The notes under the pieces were generated by a model. It saw only the letters and a list, made by a program, of their open reading frames with translations. It was not told the origin of the DNA and made no database searches. Made by a program: the position numbers and the translations under genes. 64,000 nt of DNA from an uncultured Desulfosarcina sp. GTDB taxonomy: Bacteria > Desulfobacterota > Desulfobacteria > Desulfobacterales > Desulfosarcinaceae. The first letter of the stretch is position 1. Each line of letters opens with the position of its first letter. Below, piece after piece: positions 57,235-64,000 of this stretch. The DNA lies in the NCBI GenBank assembly GCA_963674945.2, contig CAXXWQ010000004.1, positions 1,024,001 through 1,088,000 of the forward strand, written 5' to 3'.

Positions 57235-57398
57235 GGCATCCTCTCTCAAACGATATCAAATCATCCTTTCCGCTCCACCTGGGATGAATCCCCGAAGTTG
57301 AGGTGAAATTGGAAATACAATACAGGCCATTCACTCCCCAATCCCAAAAGTTCAATCTGCAGTCGGTCGATACCATGGGCACCGTCGGTTGAAAATCG

Positions 57399-58970
57399 TT
57401 ACCAGCGAACTTCGACCTTGCCGTTCAGATAGGCCTTGACCTCGGATATGGGCACTTCGCGACGGTGAAAGATCCCTGCCGCCAGTGCCGACTCAGCCTC
57501 GGTCTGTTCGAAAACCGCGGCGAAATGCGCCGCACAACCGGCACCACTGGATGCGATTACCGGAATGGTCACCGCCTGTTTGACGGCGTTGATCAACTCG
57601 ATGTCAAATCCTAGATTGGTGCCGTCACGATCGATGCAGTTGAGCAGGATTTCCCCTGCACCCAGTTTCTCGCATGTCCTGGCCAAGGTCACGGCATCCA
57701 CGTCCCGTCCCTCTCGGCCCCCTTTGACCGTGCACTGAAACCAGCAATACCGCTGGCCATCCGGACCCGGCGTAGCGGTTTCGATGGTTGGGTGGGGAGT
57801 TGCCTGGGGAGAATCCACATAGACGCGGCGGGGATCGATGGATATGACCACGGCCTGGTTGCCGTAGACAAAGGAGATCTGCTCGATGGCGCTCTCACCT
57901 GTCTTTTTTCCGGTTTTCAGATATTCTTCAACGATATAGACCGCATCACTACCGATGGAGACCTTGTCTGCACCCGAACGAAAATACTCCGCCGCGACTT
58001 CGAGTGCCGTGTAGTGGCGACCGTTTTTGTCGGTAAAATCCCTGATGCCCCCACCGATGGTCAAAGGAACGAATACTTTTTTGGAGGTTTCCTTGAGCAC
58101 TTGAATCATGGGCATGTCTTCCAGAGGAAAATCCCTGAATCCGGTAATGTTGAGAAACGTGATTTCGTCGGCGCCCTCCTCGTAATAGCGGCCGGCCAGC
58201 TCCACCGGTTTGCCCAGGTTCCGAACATTACCGCCTTCTCTCACGTCGTATTGATCCCCCTTTGTCACCACCAGGTCTCCGTGGTCGTTGGCCCGAACAT
58301 CCAGGCAGGCGATGATGCGCTTGGCCAACCGGGTCGCTTCCGGATTCCCTGCCGGTACCGACAGGGGCCGGTCACCGCGAATGAAGTTTTCCAGCAATCG
58401 CAACCCGGATGCACCGCTCTTTTCCGGATGGAACTGGGTGCCCACAATATTCCCCCTTTGCACGGCACTGACGAAGGAATAACCATAATCCGTTGTCGTC
58501 AGCACAATCGCAGGATCATCGGTGACGACGTGATAGGAGTGGACAAAATAAAATTTTTCGTCTCCGGCAAGTCCGTCGAATATCTGCGTCGGCTGTTTTA
58601 CATGGATACCGTTCCACCCGATATGGGGCACGGCCAGATCCACCTCGAACCGCTTGACCCCGCCGGAAAAGAGGCACAGGCCACATTCTCCCGGAGATTC
58701 GTCGCTTCCGGCAAACAGAGCCTGCATGCCGAGACAAATGCCGAAAAATGGCCGATCGGCCCTAAGGTAGGCAGAAAGGGGCTCCACGAACTGCCGTTCT
58801 TTCAGAATCTGCATCATGCTGCCAAAGCTGCCGACACCGGGAAAAACGAGTTTATCGGCACTTCGGATCTCCTCTGGATTCTTCGCGATGCAAACCGTTT
58901 CTCCCAGGCGCGAGATGGCGTTGATGACACTTCGAACATTCCCCGCGCCGTAGTCCAACAAGGTAATCAT
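57399..58970 (-). CDS. hisHF: Bifunctional imidazole glycerol phosphate synthase HisH-HisF (eukaryote-type fusion)
   Basis: DYGAGN, FPGVG, GICLGMQ, FHPEKS fused in frame to RIIACLDV, GGGIRD, GAGEILLN, IASSGAG. Confidence 0.93.
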   Translation of the reverse strand: MITLLDYGAGNVRSVINAISRLGETVCIAKNPEEIRSADKLVFPGVGSFGSMMQILKERQFVEPLSAYLRADRPFFGICLGMQALFAGSDESPGECGLCLFSGGVKRFEVDLAVPHIGWNGIHVKQPTQIFDGLAGDEKFYFVHSYHVVTDDPAIVLTTTDYGYSFVSAVQRGNIVGTQFHPEKSGASGLRLLENFIRGDRPLSVPAGNPEATRLAKRIIACLDVRANDHGDLVVTKGDQYDVREGGNVRNLGKPVELAGRYYEEGADEITFLNITGFRDFPLEDMPMIQVLKETSKKVFVPLTIGGGIRDFTDKNGRHYTALEVAAEYFRSGADKVSIGSDAVYIVEEYLKTGKKTGESAIEQISFVYGNQAVVISIDPRRVYVDSPQATPHPTIETATPGPDGQRYCWFQCTVKGGREGRDVDAVTLARTCEKLGAGEILLNCIDRDGTNLGFDIELINAVKQAVTIPVIASSGAGCAAHFAAVFEQTEAESALAAGIFHRREVPISEVKAYLNGKVEVRW

Positions 58971-59057
58971 TTTGGCTCGTGTTTCCCTTCTCGTCGGCTC
59001 GTTTCCTATATTGTATTGGGTTGCAAAAAAGCCTTTTACCCCATCACCCAAAATGGT

Positions 59058-59510
59058 TCAACTGTTTTTTCCTATATTTTTAAATGGTTGGTGATGCAGT
59101 ACCGATCCGGACGGAACGATGCGATAGGAAGTCGTGATCTTGGCGTTCAAAGAAGCCACGGCTCCGCAGAACCTGGTTTCCGATAATCTGATGGCCTGTT
59201 CCACCCCCTTGGCCGAGACATCCGTACCGGAGATCACATATTCGATATGAATGTCCGTGTATCGCCGCGGATGTTTGTCGGCCCGGGTACCACAGATGTT
59301 AACCGTAAAACCGGTCACGGCCATCTGTTTTCTCTTGAGAATGGAAATTACGTCCATGGCCGTGCAACCGGCGATGCCCATGAGCAAAAGTTGCATGGGG
59401 CCGGCGGCGCTTCCGGTTTCCGGATTGTCGATCACTACGGCCGCCCCCCCGGGGCAGCTTGCAACGAATTGTTCATCCCGGGTCCATCGCAACTGTGCTT
59501 CAATCGTCAT
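59058..59510 (-). CDS. OsmC/YhfA family protein
   Basis: GPMQLLLMGIAGCTAMDV, RFCGAV. Confidence 0.9.
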   Translation of the reverse strand: MTIEAQLRWTRDEQFVASCPGGAAVVIDNPETGSAAGPMQLLLMGIAGCTAMDVISILKRKQMAVTGFTVNICGTRADKHPRRYTDIHIEYVISGTDVSAKGVEQAIRLSETRFCGAVASLNAKITTSYRIVPSGSVLHHQPFKNIGKNS

Positions 59511-59550
59511 CTCGGTACGCCCCTCAATTCAAAAAAGCTCGTCAATATTG

Positions 59551-60345
59551 CTATCTGGTCTCTTTTCCGGTTTTCAGGGACAAATTCCCTCTACCGGAAA
59601 CAGGATGCCGTCGAAGCAGCACAACCGTGGCACCGGTGCCCCCATCACACCCCCGTGCACTGGTAAATGCAATCACCCACCGTTTCCATCGTCCCTTTAC
59701 AAGCCACCGCAAAAGGTTTTGCTTGATCACCGGCGGTCCCGGAGAACGTCGGCCGCGACCATGGACCACCAGTACCGTTTGCAAACCGGCGGATGTGACC
59801 CGATCCATGAACTCGTCAAAAAGTGCCTTTGCGGCCCATAGGTTGCATCGGTGCAGATCAACATGGTCCTGGATGGAAAAATGGCCGCCGTGAATGCGAC
59901 GGAACATCTCGGGCGGCAACCACTTTACGGAACCTTGCACGTACTCTGCCGTGTATTCGAGGACGAAACCGTCCCCGGTCTCGATCATCCGTTTCAATGC
60001 CCGGATCGACTCGTCATCCGGATCGGCCCGCTGCCGTGATTTCGTTGGTGTTTGCCTTCGTACGGAAGCGACGACCTTCGCTCTTCCGGAAAGCGGCGTG
60101 ACATCCACCATGGCCTCGGCAAACAAACAACGCTCTTCTTCGGCCGTTAACGGTCGATCCGGAACCTCCGGCAGACAAACCGCCGGCAGTTGGACGTTGT
60201 TTCGAACCAGAAGATCGCCCAGGTCTCGAAAGGGTTTGCTACGGAAAGATGGTCTGCGGTGTACCATGGTCCCTCGCCCCCATGGATCATTTTCTTTCAA
60301 AACATCCGATCCGTACACAAACGAAAGGAGTTGACCGGATATCAA
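59551..60345 (-). CDS. Smr domain protein (start uncertain)
   Basis: [25 protein letters not shown]. Confidence 0.85.
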   Translation of the reverse strand: MISGQLLSFVYGSDVLKENDPWGRGTMVHRRPSFRSKPFRDLGDLLVRNNVQLPAVCLPEVPDRPLTAEEERCLFAEAMVDVTPLSGRAKVVASVRRQTPTKSRQRADPDDESIRALKRMIETGDGFVLEYTAEYVQGSVKWLPPEMFRRIHGGHFSIQDHVDLHRCNLWAAKALFDEFMDRVTSAGLQTVLVVHGRGRRSPGPPVIKQNLLRWLVKGRWKRWVIAFTSARGCDGGTGATVVLLRRHPVSGRGNLSLKTGKETR

Positions 60346-60779
60346 AAATACCGCTGGAAAATCATTTTCCTGCCAATGCCGCGTCGGTATTGAAAGTAGT
60401 CCGACAAAATGGTTGAATGATCGAACACCAAGGGTTCGGGAAGCGACTTTTCGGTGAAGACACCGGCGGCTTTCGCATCATCCGCGGCAACGGGGTCACC
60501 TTTTGCGGTGGCGATAAAAACCGTGGTAAGGGTGTGGTGTCTGGGATCCCGATCCGGGTGGCTGTAGACATAAAGCAGATCGGTCAGCCGCACATCCAAA
60601 CCGGTCTCCTCCCTGGCCTCGCGGACCGCACATTCCTCAACGGACTCGCCGTAATCCACAAAACCACCGGGGATGGCCCAGCCATGGGGTGGATTCTTTC
60701 GCCTGATCAGTACGATACCCCCTTTTACCTCGATAATGATATCAACGGTGGGAAGCGGATTTCGATACGATTTTTCCAT
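60342..60779 (-). CDS. NUDIX hydrolase
   Basis: [23 protein letters not shown]udix box. Confidence 0.95.
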   Translation of the reverse strand: MEKSYRNPLPTVDIIIEVKGGIVLIRRKNPPHGWAIPGGFVDYGESVEECAVREAREETGLDVRLTDLLYVYSHPDRDPRHHTLTTVFIATAKGDPVAADDAKAAGVFTEKSLPEPLVFDHSTILSDYFQYRRGIGRKMIFQRYF

Positions 60780-60822
60780 TATAATCGCTTTCGTGACGTT
60801 TGCGTCAGGGCCGAAGTTGGAA

Positions 60823-61173
60823 TCACAGCTCCGGTGCTCCGGAAGGAATGAGGCAAACGAATATCAATTTGCCGGTGCCGGCATTTCGAATCTGGTGTTC
60901 TTCGTTACCTGGAATAAAGGCAACCTGACCTGAATTCACGGGTATCCAGCGGCCGTCCTGCCAGATTTCGCCACTGCCGGCATGGAAAAAAAGTTCGTGT
61001 TCCCAGTCGTGTCGATGTCGTGGGGTGAAACCTTCCGGGTCCAGTTCGAAGACCCGCATGCAGAAATTCTCGGCGCCGTCGGCCTTTCCGATGACGACCC
61101 GGCCGGAAACCCCCTTGGCTTTGTCATTGTCGAAAAAAGTGGCCGATGGTTCATCGTAGGCAATCACTTTCAT
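60823..61173 (-). CDS. Cupin domain protein
   Basis: [18 protein letters not shown]; start moved out of the repeat. Confidence 0.9.
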   Translation of the reverse strand: MKVIAYDEPSATFFDNDKAKGVSGRVVIGKADGAENFCMRVFELDPEGFTPRHRHDWEHELFFHAGSGEIWQDGRWIPVNSGQVAFIPGNEEHQIRNAGTGKLIFVCLIPSGAPEL

Positions 61174-61218
61174 GGTAACACGCTGTTTTGCCCTTTCCGG
61201 TTTGGTTCGTGTCAACAC

Positions 61219-61374
61219 TTGATCAACTCGTAAAAAGTTGGATTTCGGACGGCTTCGTAAGAAGTCCGAGATCAAGGCTTGCGAATCCCAAGAAATGAGG
61301 CGTATGGTTGGATACGTCGCAGTGACGAGGGATGAAGCGTAACGCAGATATCGGATTTCTTACGAAGCCGTCAA
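61219..61374 (-). mobile_element. ~155-bp MITE/REP-like element, copy 2 (inverted)
   Basis: Reverse complement shares exact blocks TTACGCTTCATCCCTCGTCACTGCG and TCGCAAGCCTTGATCTCG with 33086-33239. Confidence 0.8.
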
Positions 61375-61700
61375 GACTTGAAATTATGAACCCGCGCCGA
61401 CTATGTCAACCGTTTTATAATCCCGTTTTCAATCCCATGGGTCCACATCGCGGCAGGCCGCCACACCGCCTGCTGGTACCACACATCCATTCCTCGCAGG
61501 ACAGAAGGATCAATTGACTGCTTGACTATCCGAAAAAATTGGGATGAAATGGCCGAAATTTTCGCAAATGGAAGTCATACTCGTAGATCAACATCCATCC
61601 TGCGATCGATGCCTCAGCCGTATAGAGATGGGGACGGTCCGGGACGAAACGACAGGATCGCCCGATGGGATGGATTTCGGTCCAGGAAGAAAGAAAGAAG

Positions 61701-63605
61701 ATGAATATTACCAAATCGTATCCGCATAAGGTGGTTGACGCCGAGGCCGCCATCGAGAAGATCAAAAATGGTAGCCGTGTTTTCATTGGCACCGGCTGCG
61801 GTGAACCACAGCATCTGATTCACACCATGGTAAAAAACAAGGATATTCAAGATATCATGGTCTACCAGATGCTTTCCTGGACCTTTGCCGAATATATCGA
61901 CGATCCCAATTTCTTGCGGCGTTTTTCTCTCAAGCTTTTTTTCATCAGCAACCATATGCGAAAAGCGGCATTGGACGGCAAGCTGGACTATATTCCGAGC
62001 TATCTTTCCCAGATCCCCAGGTATTTCGCAAACAATCTCATTGGCCTGGATGTGGCGCTGGTCCAGGTGAGCCCGCCGGATGAACACGGGTATTGCAGCC
62101 TTGGCGTATCTGTGGACATCACCCTTTCCGGCCTGCAAAATGCCAAGCTGACCATCGCCCAGGTCAACCCTCGGATGCCGCGCACCTGGGGGGACAGTTT
62201 CGTGCATATCGACGAAATCGATTATCTCGTCGAGTACGAAGAACCGCTGGTGGAAGACCTCCCCATCATCAAGAACCAGCATGTGGCGCACCGAATCGGG
62301 TTTTACGTCAGTCAACTGGTGGACGATGGCGCAACCCTTCAGATCGGGTTCGGCCACCTGCCCTATGCCATATTACAGTTTCTGGAAGACAAAAACGATC
62401 TGGGCATCCACACCCAATTGATCACCGACGCCTTCATACCGCTCATTGAAAAAAAAGTGATCACCAATCGGAAAAAGACCATGCTTCCCGGTAGGGTGGT
62501 AGCCTCCTTGTGCATGGGAACGAAGAAGCTGTATCGCTATGTGGACAACAACCCCATGTTCTATTTTCGATCATCGGAGTTTGTGAACAATCCCACTATC
62601 ATCGCCCACAACGACAATCTGGTCTCCATCAGCTCGGCTTTGGAGGTGGATCTGACCGGTCAAGTATGCTCCGACTCCATACGGCACCTGTTTTTCAGCG
62701 GAATCGGAGACCAGGTGGACTTTCTGCGCGGCAGTGCCATGTCAAAGGGGGGATTCTCGGTCATCGCCCTTCCCTCCACGGCAAAAAAGGGAACCATTTC
62801 GAGAATCGTACCCCACCTGAGCGAAGGTGCCGGCGTGGCCACGACCCGAGGGGACGTGAACTTCGTGGTGACCGAATACGGAATCGCCGAATTGAGCGGC
62901 AAGAGCATCTACCAACGGGTTATGGAACTTGCGCAGATCGCCCATCCCAAGTTCCGTGAGGAGTTGATCGACGTGGCGAAAAGTCGTCACTATATCTTCT
63001 CGGATCAGCTTCCCCCCATTCAAGAGGATCTGCTTTTCATCGAAAGCTACAAGCGTCGCGTGACCCTGAGAAACGGTAAAAGTGTTGATTTCAGGCCACT
63101 TTTGCCCTCCGACGAGTTCGCCTACCGGAATTTTTTCTATTCGCTGAAAGAAGAGACCATCTATTTTCGATTCTTTTATCGGATGAAGCTCTTTTCCCAC
63201 GAGGTGGTGCAGCAGCAGTGGGCTGAGATGGACTATCGAAAAAACATGTCCATGATCGGACTGGTCCGCGTGGGTGGACACCAGGAGATTGTCGCCATCG
63301 GTTCATATGCAGATGAAGGCAACCATAGCGCCGAAGTGGCGTTCGTCGTACGGGAGGATTTCCAGAAATTGGGTATCGCCTCCCACCTGCTGGAAGACCT
63401 GGAACGTATCGCCAAGGAGAACGGCTTTACGGCCTTCTCCGCAACGGTACTTCACGAGAACGCGGCGATGATTCATATCTTTAAAAAACGATATCCCAAC
63501 GCCAAGCAGACCACCCAAGGCACCAGCGAACTCACCCTTCACATGAATTTTTCCGATGCGAAGGCGAACGAGGAAAGTGATGGCACCCGCCGCGAGTGTC
63601 GATGA
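61701..63605 (+). CDS. Acetyl-CoA hydrolase/transferase fused to a GNAT domain
   Basis: SPPDEHGYCSLG, DGATLQIG, VDLTGQ, SGIGDQVDF, VVTEYG; C-terminal AEVAFVVREDFQKLGIA. Confidence 0.9.
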   Translation: MNITKSYPHKVVDAEAAIEKIKNGSRVFIGTGCGEPQHLIHTMVKNKDIQDIMVYQMLSWTFAEYIDDPNFLRRFSLKLFFISNHMRKAALDGKLDYIPSYLSQIPRYFANNLIGLDVALVQVSPPDEHGYCSLGVSVDITLSGLQNAKLTIAQVNPRMPRTWGDSFVHIDEIDYLVEYEEPLVEDLPIIKNQHVAHRIGFYVSQLVDDGATLQIGFGHLPYAILQFLEDKNDLGIHTQLITDAFIPLIEKKVITNRKKTMLPGRVVASLCMGTKKLYRYVDNNPMFYFRSSEFVNNPTIIAHNDNLVSISSALEVDLTGQVCSDSIRHLFFSGIGDQVDFLRGSAMSKGGFSVIALPSTAKKGTISRIVPHLSEGAGVATTRGDVNFVVTEYGIAELSGKSIYQRVMELAQIAHPKFREELIDVAKSRHYIFSDQLPPIQEDLLFIESYKRRVTLRNGKSVDFRPLLPSDEFAYRNFFYSLKEETIYFRFFYRMKLFSHEVVQQQWAEMDYRKNMSMIGLVRVGGHQEIVAIGSYADEGNHSAEVAFVVREDFQKLGIASHLLEDLERIAKENGFTAFSATVLHENAAMIHIFKKRYPNAKQTTQGTSELTLHMNFSDAKANEESDGTRRECR

Positions 63606-63619
63606 AAGAAGACTCATCT

Positions 63620-64000
63620 TCACGCGACGAAAGAGGTCATTGCCTGTTTCTCCCCATCGAAATAGTCGATCCGCACAGCATATGTTCGCAAGTCGAGAGC
63701 AAGAACGACGTGGTGGGGCGATTTTTCCCATGACAGCACGAGTTGATCGTCCGGCGCATCTTCGATGTTGAACGTACCGTCGAAGGCAGGGTAGGTATTG
63801 CGGAACTCCATCATGCGCAACAGACGCTGTACCACCGGTTTCTGGATTTCGATGGCGACCTCGTCCAGGGTGTAGTTATGCCGGTTGATATCTCTGCCGT
63901 TTTTGGTCAATTGCACGAGTTCGATATCATTTTCACCGGCCAGCAGCCCTACGTAATATACCTGGGGAATACCCGGGGTGAAGAACTGGATGGCCCGGGC
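63620..64000 (-). CDS. Sucrose phosphorylase-family (GH13_18) enzyme, 3' part
   Basis: ARAIQFFTPGIPQVYYVGLLAGEND...GRDINRH; frame open to the window end. Confidence 0.85.
   Translation of the reverse strand, partial: ARAIQFFTPGIPQVYYVGLLAGENDIELVQLTKNGRDINRHNYTLDEVAIEIQKPVVQRLLRMMEFRNTYPAFDGTFNIEDAPDDQLVLSWEKSPHHVVLALDLRTYAVRIDYFDGEKQAMTSFVA

Noticed and set aside
57792..59186. 464-aa plus-strand ORF, and similar long antisense ORFs over paaK, the amidase, mutS and the PilB-like gene
   Set aside because: Shadow frames of well-supported genes in GC-rich coding DNA; no motifs

Overview
This is bacterial DNA whose gene content suggests a Desulfobacteraceae/Desulfosarcina-like sulfate reducer (taxonomy inferred). 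The window has three parts. (1) 1-10.6 kb, all on the minus strand, is a nickel/cobalt uptake and handling locus. It has an LbtU-like porin, DUF4198, CbiL/CbiM/CbiQ and a double-ATPase CbiO with a ~29-His tail. Upstream is a string of small genes: an unknown 264-aa protein, a hydrogenase-maturation-protease homolog lacking its metal ligands, an HWxxHxxxH protein, CooT, an HU-like stub, a TsaA/TrmO-like protein, a DUF3786-like stub and a ferredoxin. No Ni enzyme gene is visible in the window. (2) 10.9-30.2 kb is an accessory, partly decayed region at the 3' end of tRNA-Leu. It holds lipoproteins, a broken TPR-methyltransferase, an MCP, a hybrid kinase, an Lrp fragment, a FadL-like porin bracketed by a 29-bp direct repeat, argD plus a radical SAM gene, a transglutaminase-like gene, and ttrBA-like genes without ttrC. 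(3) 30.4-64 kb is largely housekeeping: maf-yggS-queH, M48 peptidase, PilB-like ATPase, paaK, amidase, mutS, Mrp, rpoH, tRNA-Arg, signalling genes, a eukaryote-type fused hisHF, Smr, NUDIX, CoA-transferase-GNAT and a partial GH13_18 phosphorylase. A ~155-bp MITE/REP-like element occurs twice, plus one half-site. No CRISPR array, rRNA, integrase or intact transposase was seen. All calls come from motif recognition by eye; no database search was run.
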